A DNA stretch of 63,810 bases, the filler included, from Reticulomyxa filosa (lineage: Eukaryota > Protista > Foraminifera), in the NCBI GenBank assembly GCA_000512085.1. It is 18 parts of 18 records of this genome, joined end to end, with 100 filler letters (N's around TTAATTAATTAA, not from the genome) between each part and the next. Parts side by side here need not be neighbours in the genome. Positions count along the whole stretch, not along the records: positions 49,295 to 54,623 come from ASPP01004440.1; positions 54,724 to 57,093 come from ASPP01005164.1; positions 57,194 to 58,470 come from ASPP01019706.1; positions 58,571 to 59,675 come from ASPP01016920.1; positions 59,776 to 61,328 come from ASPP01025568.1; positions 61,429 to 62,710 come from ASPP01026701.1; 12 more parts are not named here. The stretch is one strand, 5' to 3'. The position numbers were made by a program, and so were the translations under genes. This document shows, one piece after another, positions 50,636-62,810 of this stretch; positions within the stretch are counted from its first letter, which is position 1, and each line of letters starts with the position of its first letter. The notes below the pieces were generated by a model, which saw only the letters and a program-made list of their open reading frames with translations, made no database searches and had not been told where the DNA came from.

Positions 50636-51434
50636 ACAACTTAACTTTTTAAGATACATTAAAAAGTTTTGATTGGTTTGTTTGTTCGTTTTTCTTTCCT
50701 TTTTTTTTTTTTTTTTTGCGAGTATGCTCACGCAATTTTTGGTACTTTGTAAAAAAAAATACCCAATTCTTGCTAATTTCTCTTCAAACAAGTACAAACA
50801 TTTTCTCCAAAAAAAAAAAGAAATGGCGCTTTGATTGTCCATTTTTTTCGGTTTTCTGTAAATTTTTTTTTTGTGTTGTTTGTTTTGGCTTTTACTTTTG
50901 TTATAAACTGGTACAAATGGAACGATTTCGTGGATACTCAAATGTCATGCAATTAAATTTTAGTTGTTGAGCTAAAATATGTGTACTACAAAATCTTTAA
51001 TATAACGAGTAAGCCTTCCGGTGTTGAATTCCAGTCTTTGCAATGCGAAAAAAGAAATTACAAACAATGTACAACGTATAAATCATTAACAGAGATTAAA
51101 AGCAAGACCATAGAGCTTGGCAATAGTCAATTGCGTTGATATTGCAATGTTCTTTTGCATATTTGTTAACAGGGCTATCAACTAGTATGATTTTTTGCTG
51201 CAATTTAAAATCAAAAGTGGCTTTAGTTATTATATATTTCATGCAAATGAATTATTAAAAGATCAGATAAAATAAAATGGGGGAAAAAAAGAACTTTACA
51301 CAAAAATCTCGTCAATAACGAGGATTGTGCTTATTGCTGTTGTTTTGCTTTAAACACAAAAACAAGACGGCACTTTGTACTCTGTTAAAAACCCTTTTTT
51401 GTGTTAAATAAATATATCGACATTTCCCAAAACG

Positions 51435-52473
51435 ATGACCCACGAAACAAAGAAACATGCAACATTGGTGTTTGTGCGACATGGCCAAAGTGTTTGGAAT
51501 GCGACAAATCAGTTCACAGGTTGGGTGGATTGCGACTTGTCGGACTTGGGTGTGAAAGAAGCTCAAGAAGGGGCCGACGCGTTGAAAAAAGCTCATTTTC
51601 AATTTGACATAATGTACACCTCGTATTTGAAGCGCGCCATCAAAACGGGCAACATCATATTGGAGACATTAGACCAATTATGGATCCCAGTGCAAAAATC
51701 GTGGCGTTTGAACGAGCGAATGTACGGCGGATTGACCGGTTTGAACAAAGTGGAGACCGTCCAAAGACACGGTACCGAAAAAGTTGAGACCCTTCCCCCC
51801 CCCCTTTCATCACCACGAGACATAACATGTAATTAACAAACACTTCAATCACCAATGTGAACGTGATGCACTAACTCCCCCTTTTTTTTTTTTTTTTTTT
51901 TGAAGGTCTTAGAATGGCGTCGTAGCTTTGACGTTCCTCCTCCGGATATCGATGAAAAATCGGAATACAATCCCGTCAACGACGCGAAGTATAAACACCT
52001 AAATCGCAAAGACATTCCCAAAACTGAGTGTTTGAAAGATGTCATCATTCGAGCTATTCCTTATTGGGAATCTGATATATTGCCTTCTTTGAAACATGGT
52101 AACATTACCAATTTTTTTTTTTTTTTTTTTTTGCATCTTTCTCCCATTCGATCTTTCGCATCTTTTTTTTTTTTATGTGAAATTTTTCAATTTAACATTT
52201 TATAAATATCTTTTCACAGGCAAAACAGTGCTGGTCGCAGCTCATGGAAACAGCATTCGTGCAATTTTAAAATATCTTGATAATATTGATGAAACCATCA
52301 TTCCGAATTTGGAAATCCCCACGGGCATTCCTCTCATTTACGAGTTTGATGAACACTTGAAGGTTATCCCTGCGAAAGATCGAGTAGAGCCACTTCAAGG
52401 AAGGTTTTTAGGTGATCCTGAAAAAATTAAAGCGGCACAGGAAAGTGTCAAAAATCAAATCAAACACAAATAG
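51435..52473 (+). CDS. gpmA: 2,3-bisphosphoglycerate-dependent phosphoglycerate mutase (3 exons)
   Basis: LVFVRHGQSVWN..NQFTGW.D, SWRLNERMYGGLTGLNK, WRRSFDVPPP, TECLKD and VAAHGNSIRA..KYL...LEIPTGIP. Exons 51435-51782, 51906-52098 and 52220-52473. Confidence 0.96.
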
Positions 52474-53294
52474 GTCGTTGTTGACTTGGTGCTTTCTTTT
52501 GCTTGTTTGTTCATTTTGGTTGGGACTTTTTTTGATAACGCAACAAAATATTAAAGGTCCACTTTGTGTGACAAATTCAATCTCAAAAACTAATATTGTT
52601 CGTTTGTTTGCAATAACAAATCTGATACTTGACAGTTTTAAAATAAACAAACTATGAAATTTACTATCTAGAATTTTTTTTAAAAGTTGTGACTTATTTC
52701 AGTTTTCTCGGAAAAAGATGGAACTCGTTATAAACAAAAATTACTTATGCAACAACGTGATGATTTGACCTTTTTTTATTTGCTTGCGGCTCTATGATAT
52801 ATACAGATTTATAATCAAACAATCGTTAATAAGAATGAAAATAGAAAATTGGTAGTATATAAATACTTGTTTTAATATGTTGAATGAAAAAGAACGATAA
52901 AATTAACAACGTCATTATAACATCTTTATCATTATTAAAACAAAGAAGACGTCAACTAAACTTTTGAATTTGCTGTTTTTATGTATTCAATCTGTATCAT
53001 ATATAACAATTAATCGTCCGCAGAATAAGTTCAAATTCTCTTTAGAACATCTCCAAATCTTTATCTCAATAAATAACTTAGACTAGCTTAATCTTATTTA
53101 AAAACTTTCAAATGAATTGAAAAAAAATTTGCTTGAATAATTCTTTGTCATATAAAATACTCTTCCAAAAGTAATTTCATTATTGTGGAAAGCATTGTGT
53201 TTTTAAGGGCGTTGAAAAGGGTTTTTTTTCAAAATAGATATCATCACTCTTTTTTGAAAGAGCCAATTTACTTAATATCAGTAGCATTAGCGAC

Positions 53295-54623
53295 ATGGGT
53301 AATCAAAATACAATACAAAATTCTCCTGAAGGACAAACTGAACAAAAGCAAACTATTACTACCGCATCTCCCTTTCAAGATTTGACAGATTCCTACACTG
53401 CACTAGCTAAGCTTGAAAAACCTAAACAAAGTCAAAATATTTCTATTTTGTCTCCCTTTCAAAATGTGAAGGATTTGCCTACTCCACTTTCTCTATCTCA
53501 ATGTGTGCTACACAAACACGAAATCCTCATTTGTGGAGGTGTTGATAAAAGAGATTGTTATTCTTATCACACAATCAAAGACGAATACAAGTTTATCTGT
53601 GAGTATCCAAGTAATGTTAGATTGTCTGGACATTGTGTTATAAAACTGGTAGATAATAACAGTAGCAAAAACAAAGACAGCAATGAAATCACTTTGTTGT
53701 CTTTTGGTGGAAATACATATACACGGCATACATTGGTGATGAACTATGTAAGCGTTTGGAATGACGACGATGAAATGAATAAATCAAAGCAGTCAAACAA
53801 TTGCAATCAATGGTTTCCTTTGACTGATAGCAGCAATTATCCAATTCACATTGGAAGAAGTAATGATAACCATTGTGGAGTTCGTGCATTGATCGGTGGA
53901 AGCAACAATCATTTATTGTTTATCGCTTATGAACCAAAGAAAATTAGTGTGTTTAATTTAAATACACTCGAATTTATTAGCGATGATATTTTACCAACTA
54001 TGGACAAAGTATGGTATCATTGCTTTGTACCAAAGTCAGAAAATGAGATTAAAAAGAAAAATAATGAAATGCTATTGTTTTATCAAAACACAGGATTATC
54101 AATTGAATATGATGAAAAAAATGATGTCTTTCAATTTCATAAAATAGCTGTTTGTGATGATATTGCATCATTCTATAAATATGCATATGTGTATACCAAT
54201 GATGCCATTTTATTCTTTGGTGGATATGGCTGGAATGGTAGAAAATACACTGTTTCAAAAGCAGTGCACAAGTATTTAATACAAGAAAATAAATGGATTA
54301 CATTTGAACTTACTTTGCCAATTCCATTGAGAGATTGTTTTGGGATATTGAATCAAGAAACCAGCCAAATACATATCATTGGTGGATGTAATGATAAAAT
54401 TGTTCCAGTATCAACTCATATGAAAACAAAAGTGAGTGCATGGAGGGATGCTTCACATCTGGTAATAACCATTTCAATCTTTTAGAACTGTCTTACTTTG
54501 TACAAAAATAAATTGTACTGTATGGCCAATTAACAACAATAAACAGTCAAATAGTGAAATCAAATTTGTCATTCAACATTGGATTCGAATTTTAAAAATA
54601 AAATTAGGATGGATTGATGATTT
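53295..54623 (+). CDS. N-myristoylated kelch-type beta-propeller protein (lineage-expanded family), 3'-truncated
   Basis: MGNQNT start; kelch-like GG motifs (ILICGG, LLSFGG, ALIGG, ILFFGG, IHIIGG); last exon EIKFVIQHWIRILKIKLGWIDDF. Confidence 0.85.
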
Positions 54624-55492
54624 NNNNNNNNNNNNNNNNNNNNNNNNNNNNNNNNNNNNNNNNNNNNTTAATTAATTAANNNNNNNNNNNNNNNNNNNNN
54701 NNNNNNNNNNNNNNNNNNNNNNNAAAAAAAACAGTCTTTTTTCCCCTCCCCTCAATAAAACCTTATCCTTAACTTTATTTTCCAGTCCATTGTGAGAAAA
54801 AATATATCTTTCTATTACAAGAACTCTTGTCTTGTGAGTGAATGTCCAATCACTTACTGTTCGCTTTGTTAAATGATGGAGTTTTCTTGTTGCTATTATA
54901 TTGCTGTGACCATGCCAACAGCTTTTGCTTGTCCTATTTTCACAATCACTGTCAATGAAAGAGTATTCAAACTCATTTTTTTTTCGCAAGACAAAAAACT
55001 AATACAATTGAATATTGTTCTGTCAACAAGCGTTTGCTTGAAAAATGTCGTGTACATTTGAAGTTAAAGTTTTATTTTGACTAATCATCCGATAAATACA
55101 ATATATTGAACAAACCAAATAAATTAAGCGTAAATTGACCAATAAAAGTTTGACAAAATAACAATCCCAAAGATACGAAAGCTCGCACAATTATTGAATA
55201 TTTTTGAAATGACATTTTATTTCCAAAAAACTCAGCAGAAAAGTGCCAATGTTTACAGAAATTTAGAAAAAAAATTTTCAAAAGTCTTCATTTCAAAGAC
55301 AAAAAATTCAAGTGATAAAATTTACAATAAGTATACAAATATAAAAAAATCAACTACATAAAAAATAGATTTACCAATCACCGCAATATTTGACATCTTC
55401 AACAAGCGTAGTTACAAAAAACAAAAGGCTCGTTACTCGAAAAAGGGATTCTTGGTAACATACGAATTAACCCACGACAATAAGGTGCGAGG

Positions 55493-57010
55493 ATGGAGAA
55501 AGCACATAATCGTGTGTATCGTTTACGTATTGGGATTTGGAGTGAAGAGCATTTGCATTCAGTGCGGCGACTATTCATTAAAACCTTTTCCAAACACTGT
55601 GTGGAAAGTAAGAAGAGCATAAAGGTAGAAAAGCTGAACACAAAGCTGGCAATGAGCGAAGAAGGACGTTTTTTAGAGATTGACAGAACGACATATATTT
55701 ACAAGTTGAAGGATCCAGCTACGAATCAAAAGATTCATGCAGAGCTGCGTATGTTAAAATTTGCCGACTTTGAAAGCGTGTTAACGCATCTCGACGCAAT
55801 TGAAGAGCGAGTGCATCTAATGTTTTTTTTGTTCGACCGGCCCCATTCGCCATTGGATGCAGCCAAACTCAGGCACTTTACATTATAAACTTTATTGACT
55901 ACCTTCACTTCCTCAATAAAGACAATTTTTTTTTTTAAGAAAAAGGGGGGAGGGGGAGGGGAAGGAAGAAAAGTTCATACATATAACATATACATATATA
56001 TATATATATATATATGTATATGTTATATGTATGAATTTCACAGCATTGACAAGTACATGAAAGCGATAGTGGAAAAATGCATTGATCTGAAAATGCACAA
56101 GTCTCGAATCCAACGACTTTTTCGAAGTAAAATAGTGATACTGTTAGATATTAAAAACACATCTTTGGCTGACTTTAACATTTTTTGGGCAGGTTTTGTT
56201 TTCATTTCCCCTCCTACTTTTCTCTTTCTCCTAAGTCTTTGCTAAATGATAAGAAAAACAAAAAAAAAAGAGTTGAATTGAAACAAAATTCTTTAGCGGA
56301 ACAAGCGTTGAAGTTTAAAATGGATCGATTAGACAGAACAATATTACCTCGAACGTTTCGTGTATATATATTTGTATGTATTGTTAATATAAACACAAAA
56401 TATATATATACTAATTTTTTTTTTAATTATTATTTTATTTAAAAAAAAAAAATGCAATAGCGAATTAGGGTTTACGAACGTATGGATGCAATACATTTAC
56501 ACTTCGGATAGCCAAACGGGCGGACGCCGACGACTGGTGGAGTGCTTGCCATGGCACCGCAACTTATGCAAGAGCTTGTACTTGCGATTGAAAGACGACA
56601 TGTATTGGCTGCAACAGCAGATAGCGATGCGGAAGAAGACGACGGTGCGCAAGAAGATGAACATAGTGGACTACCAAACACCAATGGCTCTGTACTTCAT
56701 CAGCATTGGATTCGTGCACGACCTGATCGCGCAAAAGAATGCCTCCATAAGGGACCACTACGCGACGAAGAAGAATGGATCGGCCAGTGTGAGCGAAGAC
56801 ATGATCCAAGCGGACATTTTGCACTTGAGCAACTTCCGTTTCGATTACTACCGAGACATGCCTTTGGGCGCCGAGCGCATTGACATTGACTACACGCCGC
56901 AAGGACAGCCTTTGTATCGCGTGTTCATCGACACATTGAACCAAAAGAAGTCGCAGCAGAACAAAGAGAGTTCCAAAAGCAATTTCGAAGTGATGCCAGT
57001 TCTCAAATCA
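55493..57010 (+). CDS. Hypothetical multi-exon protein, 3'-truncated
   Basis: Coding-like exons about 55493-55870, 56044-56191, 56272-56358 and 56461-57000 separated by AT/microsatellite introns. Confidence 0.5.
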
Positions 57011-57734
57011 ATACTTTTGAGTTTTGTTTGTTTTTTTTTTTTTTTTTTTGAATTATTTCGAGTATTATCTTGACACACACACACACACATACANNNNNNN
57101 NNNNNNNNNNNNNNNNNNNNNNNNNNNNNNNNNNNNNTTAATTAATTAANNNNNNNNNNNNNNNNNNNNNNNNNNNNNNNNNNNNNNNNNNNNTTTTTCC
57201 TTCTTGTCCCCTCCTGCTGCGTTCAGATTATCTTCAGTGGTACATATTTACCAGTTTACGTCTGTTATTTTAAACACAGAAGTACGGCATTTTTTTCCGA
57301 AAAATATCAATACTCCGTCTTTTATATTGCCATATTGTTTTCAACGTCTAGTTTTTCCGAAATATTTTGTGTGCTTCTGTGTGTTAGGAATTAATGTCTT
57401 TGAAGAGTTTTATTTGACATTGTGCTACATTTCCTTTTTGGTATATCTTTGAAGAAAATATCTTGGTAATCCCGCTTCAATCCGTCTTTAAAAACAGTGA
57501 CAAAGAAAAAGCTCATTTCTAAAGTTCAACTTAATTTTCGAAAAAACAAATATCGCCGTGGAAAATCTATTGAACATTACGAAAACAGACTCATCATCAT
57601 CAGAAAGTATGAAGTGGCCAATCTTTTTTGACAGCAAAACTAAGAGAGCATTGCACGGATTTATGGCAATTTTTGAATGACTTGGTAGCAAGTGACCCGA
57701 AGGTACATCAAGAATTCCTGGCCAACACAAGACT

Positions 57735-58470
57735 TATATGGAGTCAAGAGAAGAAACGGATACAAAGCGAAAGGATGAACGAGTGCAAGAGATAATTTAT
57801 AGCGAGAGAACAAAATGAACCAACGGGTATTGGAAGAGGCAATGGAAACAGCATTTGTGAAGCAAAACATAAGATATTTGAAAAAAAAGCGAGTGACAAT
57901 GAGTGATGACTCTATTTCAAAGATAAAACAATGGAGCCTGTTAATATTCTTCACAGTCTCAATCTTGTCCAAAATATTTCTGTTCCTTTCCAATCCAGTA
58001 TTTTACTGGCTGAAAAAGATCATTGTGCGTATAATACATACATAAACATAAATATATTTGTATATATGTACGTGTGTACACTCTTGCTTTTTTTTTTTTA
58101 AAAAAAATAAATAATAAAAAAAGGAATTTTTGATTGCTGGCGTGACACATCATTTTCGGCGTACTCCGAATACGAAGATAGAGCCATTGGAGACAAGGCA
58201 GCCCCGGTGAATAGCAGCAAGCCTCTAGTCGAAGAACTTGGCCCTAATGTCGAAAATCAGATTCCAAATGTCCCCGAATATGGCTTGTCATTTGACTCCA
58301 GAAATAAAAGAAGTTTATTTACTTGTCATTAGAACATAATGCCGCTACGTTGAAATTAATGGCTAGCCAGGTGAACATGATCCTCAAATCTCAATGCTAT
58401 GAGCCTCTGGATATCTTTTGGTCAAATCATGTGGATATTGATATGGACAACACAAAAACCCCCTTTTCTT
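57735..58470 (+). CDS. Hypothetical protein fragment with one TM helix
   Basis: MESREETD...WSLLIFFTVSILSKIFLF, an intron, then a further exon from about 58124. Frameshifts likely. Confidence 0.35.
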
Positions 58471-58570
58471 NNNNNNNNNNNNNNNNNNNNNNNNNNNNNN
58501 NNNNNNNNNNNNNNTTAATTAATTAANNNNNNNNNNNNNNNNNNNNNNNNNNNNNNNNNNNNNNNNNNNN

Positions 58571-58698
58571 GACACGAAGCCGGCGCCGTCTTTTACCGTC
58601 ACCGGGGTCTTGCCCAGTTCCAGGCTGAGGGCGTGGATGCGGGCGTGAGTGTCGTCGCTGGTTTGCAGCGCGCGGATGATTTCCACCAGCTGCATTAC

Positions 58699-58731
<33 letters not shown>

Positions 58732-59136
58732 GCGCTCCGGCTTTTTTCACCCACGAGGCGATGGTGGTCAGCGAGATCGACGAGGTGTTGGACGCCAGAA
58801 TGGTGTCGGCCGGTACCGCGTCGGCCAGCTGGCGGAAAATCTGTTCTTTGATCTGCGCGTTCTCGGTAGCGGCTTCCACCACCAGTTCGCAGCCGGCCAG
58901 ATCGGCAAGCGCGGTGCTGCCGCGGATGCGCGACAGAATGGACACGGCCTCGTTGTCGTTGAACACGCCTTCTTCACCAGCCGGCTGAGGCTGCTGCTGA
59001 TGGCGGCCAGGCCGCGGTCCAGTGCGGCTTGCGATACGTCTGTCATGATCACGTTAAAGCCGGCCTGGGCAAAAACCTGGGCAATACCGTTGCCCATGGT
59101 GCCGGCGCCTACCACGCCTACGCTGCGGGTTGTCAT
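58571..59136 (-). CDS. hbd: Bacterial 3-hydroxybutyryl-CoA dehydrogenase (HAD family), 3'-truncated, sequencing frameshifts
   Basis: VGVVGAGTMGNGIAQVFA, ELVVEAATEN, ILASNTSSISLT and IGMHFMNPVPVMQLVEII. AAGGAG RBS; GC-rich intronless contig. Confidence 0.93.
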
Positions 59137-59179
59137 TGCTTGCTCTCCTTCGGATGTTGCCGATCTGGCAATAAGTTCT

Positions 59180-59199
59180 AGTTTACGTTAACGTAAACT
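59180..59199. promoter_or_regulatory. LiuR operator (perfect 20-bp palindrome AGTTTACGTTAACGTAAACT)
   Basis: Self-complementary, matches the TTTACGTwwACGTAAA LiuR motif, and lies between divergent hbd and liuR. Confidence 0.85.
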
Positions 59200-59266
59200 T
59201 GTTGGCCATCGCAAGCGGGTCGTGTTTCGGTTTGTTGCGGTGGCGGGCTCGCAGCGTGCCGGCTTG

Positions 59267-59294
59267 GCGTCGCCGTATTACAATATGGCGACGC
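59267..59294. other. Intergenic stem-loop upstream of liuR
   Basis: GCGTCGCCGTATT-AC-AATATGGCGACGC: 13-bp stem with one G-U pair; a T-run follows about 9 nt later. Confidence 0.5.
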
Positions 59295-59337
59295 TTCATC
59301 GGCTTTTTTCACCGTCCGCACAGAATCAGGAGACGAC

Positions 59338-59675
59338 GTGACTGCAGCAGCAGACCGCACATTCAGCATTCCGAACTGGCACAGGAGTTCGACGTGACCA
59401 CCCGTGCCATCCGCTTTACGAGTCGGAAGGGCTGCTCACCCGGAGCGCCAGGGCCAGCGCCGCATCTACTCGCGCCGCGACCGCGTGCGCCTGATGCTGA
59501 CGCTGCGCGGCAAGCGCATCGGCCTGTCGCTGCAGGAAATCCGCGAGCTGTTCGAGCTGTACGATGCGGCCAACAACGACGAGCCGCAGCTGATGAAGTT
59601 TGTCGATATCCTGACCCGCCGCGAACAGCAGCTGACGCAGCAGATGCAGGACATCCAGCTGGTGCTGCGCGAAAT
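59338..59675 (+). CDS. liuR: Bacterial MerR-family regulator LiuR, 3'-truncated, sequencing frameshift
   Basis: AGGAG RBS then GTG 59338; TFSISELAQEFDVTTRAIRFYE and PERQGQRRIYSRRDRVRLMLTLRGKRIGLSLQEIRELFELYD. Confidence 0.9.
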
Positions 59676-60565
59676 NNNNNNNNNNNNNNNNNNNNNNNNN
59701 NNNNNNNNNNNNNNNNNNNTTAATTAATTAANNNNNNNNNNNNNNNNNNNNNNNNNNNNNNNNNNNNNNNNNNNNCACGTGTCAATGTCGTTAGACCAAA
59801 TAGCAAAAAGCTATCAATTTTATTTTCACAAAGGGCAACAATTGTTGGTATTATTTTATCTTGTTTCGGTATGTTGCGATTGTTCATAATTATATTACTT
59901 TCAGATTCTGAGGTAATTTTATTCTATTTGTTAGCAAAACTATAATCAAAGTGTCAAAAAGCAAACTCCATTTGACAAAGTCTCTGGAAATGGAACAACA
60001 TTTCATTACGTTGCCTATCTTGCATTACTTTCGGTCAAATGTTTTAAATAAAAGTACAAAGGACATAACAATAAATAGCTTAAAAATGTTTGTCGTTTTT
60101 TTGCCAAACAGGTAGCTTTAAACATAAATTTTTGTGTTATACAAAACCTTATTCTTGCATGAAATAAAAATTAAGTTTACCTTGACAAAAACAAAATGTG
60201 TATCGAATATATATTTTTTTATTTTCTGTTTTCCCAAGAAATTATTTAAAACTTAATTTTTTATTAAGTTTCAATACACAATTTATAATTTTGATTTAAA
60301 ATTCGAATTCACAAAGACAATCAAAAAAATGAAATAAAAACAATGTAATTTTATTTTTGTTTTTTTTCCAGTTCAACAAGGTTTGTCGAGCATTTTGGAT
60401 TTCAACTTCATTTTTTTTAAGTCTTTTTGTTTTATCTTCAAGAAAACGAAAGAATCACATTTGTTAATTTTTTTTTTGCTTTACTCAGTCTTTTTCTGTA
60501 GTGTATATCGCACAGTGACACACAAAGGGGAAAGATTTCATAATTAAAAAAAAAAATCAAAATAG

Positions 60566-61328
60566 GAACATTACCTGGCATCTTTGTAACCTCATTTGTA
60601 TATTTGATAATGGGAGTTGCTGCGGCCGCTGCAATAATCACAGACAGCTTGTTGCATAATTACTTGTGTATGGTAGACATTGCGGTGGTGCCGACACTGG
60701 TGTACATGGGCATTTACGCTGCAACGCTTAGCAGTGCGTTGAGTGTGCAGTTATGCACTTCAAGAGTGATCATGTCGGTGGCTAACGACAATGTATCACC
60801 CATCCTCAAGGCATTTGGCAAGACCAATTACAAAGGTGACTCGGTGGCCTCGGCATTTGTTTGTCGCTGTTGTTTTAACAGTTTTTATTGGGAACGTTAC
60901 GACTTCATATCACTGGCTTGTTTTATGGTAAACATTAGCCACTCGCCCGTGTGGCGTCCATCTTTTCGTTACTACCACAAATACACGGTTTTGTGCTTTG
61001 CTTTGTTCGATGATTGCCACATCATGAATCTACGCGCTAGTAGCTTTTGGCATGGGTGCAGGAATCTGTGCGTATGCGTTGTACAAAAAACCAAATTTAA
61101 CTGGGGATCTCTTTGAACACCAGAGCGAAATACAAAGTTTTGTTTTTTTAACAAAAAACAACATTTTTTGACTTTTTTTTTTAAAAGCCAAATGAAGCAG
61201 TGTAGGATTTGGTTCAATACAAATATCACATGAGAAACTATCAACCATCATTTTTGGTATTGACAACTAAACGTCGAGATTGCAGTTGGTCAAGTTTGCT
61301 CACACGCTGCGACATGGCAATGGCACGA
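60566..61328 (+). pseudogene. SLC12 cation-chloride cotransporter fragment, degraded
   Basis: GIYAATLSSALS, SRVIMSVANDN, SPVWRPSFRYYHKY, NWGS and YHMRNYQPSFLVL...LVKFAHTLRHG, with deletions and frameshifts. Confidence 0.75.
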
Positions 61329-61559
61329 NNNNNNNNNNNNNNNNNNNNNNNNNNNNNNNNNNNNNNNNNNNNTTAATTAATTAANNNNNNNNNNNNNNNN
61401 NNNNNNNNNNNNNNNNNNNNNNNNNNNNTTCATATTAAGCTTCTACTGTAATTAGTAGGGCATTGCACTACAAATTAAAATGTAATTTCAATTTACAGCA
61501 GTAAGTCGCATCAAATGGGTATTCATGCAAAATTTCAATATCGAATTTTTTTAAGAAAG

Positions 61560-61990
61560 AGTATTACAAGATTTAAATCAATGGAATGATTCCACATTAC
61601 ACTTATTTGTATAGTTTATTGGATATACTGATCATATTTCACTCATGTCAATAATATCATTTGAGATATTCATTTTCCCTATCTACTTTTGCACTCCATG
61701 CACATTGTTTTTTATGTGTTTTCTCATCTCTAAAACTGCTTATTTTTGATCTTGCAAAAAAATTTCACGTTCATGTTTGAATGGAGATATCCATGATACA
61801 TCACAACTTTTAATAGTACATAATCTTCTCATAGAAGGATGAAAATGTAAAATACATCTTTGATCACTTCTATATATTTGTGCAACTTGAATATCAACAG
61901 AAGTACTTACATGACTTATGAAAAATCCTGATTTTATTTCGTTAATATTTTTCACTCTCACTCCTTTCAATCCACAATTGTATAAAATAT
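61560..61990 (-). pseudogene. ADP-ribosyltransferase-like (R-S-E clade) family fragment, degraded
   Basis: GFFISHVSTSVDIQVA (STS motif) and CDVSWISPFKHEREIF (ExE motif); stops and frameshifts downstream. Confidence 0.55.
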
Positions 61991-62179
61991 TAATTACAAT
62001 TTATCACTTTAATGGCTCTGTGATTTTCTGTGAAAAGTGGCTGCAAACTTTCTTTAAAATCAAAAGCACGTTTTTAGTAAAGTTAAAGAGCCCCTATCAA
62101 ACGGAAAGATAATCAGTATTTCATTATTGCTTTTCACATATATTATATAAAACTTTTTGTCAACAAAGTATATCTTGAG

Positions 62180-62660
62180 ATGGCATCCCCTCAAGTACTA
62201 AAAATAAAGAAAGCAAGAAGTGATGGCTTAAAAATCCACGCAGGATGGAATATTACAGCACTCGAAGCACAATGGCAAGACGGCGTGGAGTCTAGCACAA
62301 CCCCAATAAACCCCTACCAAGAAGAGATATACCTACGATGGATGTCAAGATTTCGAAATTTTTCAAATGTTGACTTTTTGTGTATTAGGGTTAAACATAT
62401 ATGTATATTGTATGTATATTTATATATATATATATATATACGCATATAAATAGTTAAGCCGTGCGGATATAGCCAATGTAAGACGTGCAGACATAGTAAA
62501 CGCGTTTAAAGAGAACCGAAAGAATGTGTGCGAAGCGTTGACCAAAAAGCTGTTTTCAGCGCAAAGACAGTCAAAGGAACAAATCGAAAGGCGAGGTATT
62601 GTGCCACAAGGTTATTTTAAGCAGGGTCATGTATGGAACTCACTTACCGTCATACACTGA
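62180..62660 (+). CDS. Hypothetical protein (2 exons visible)
   Basis: ATG 62180, GTTGAC donor near 62369, (TA)n intron, acceptor near 62453 continuing LSRADIANVRRADIVNAFKE. Confidence 0.45.
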
Positions 62661-62810
62661 ACTTGCACCCCCTTTTTTTTTTTTTTTTTTTTTTTTTTCC
62701 CCCCCCCCCCNNNNNNNNNNNNNNNNNNNNNNNNNNNNNNNNNNNNNNNNNNNNTTAATTAATTAANNNNNNNNNNNNNNNNNNNNNNNNNNNNNNNNNN
62801 NNNNNNNNNN

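Noticed and set aside
28847-61990. Apparent defence island (RNF213-like, LRR-helicase, kelch, ART-like)
   Set aside because: Each lies on a different contig separated by spacers, so there is no evidence of physical clustering.
8474-62810. Regularly recurring TTAATTAATTAA flanked by N runs, resembling a repeat array
   Set aside because: Identical 100-bp artificial linker with six-frame stops; not biological and not CRISPR.
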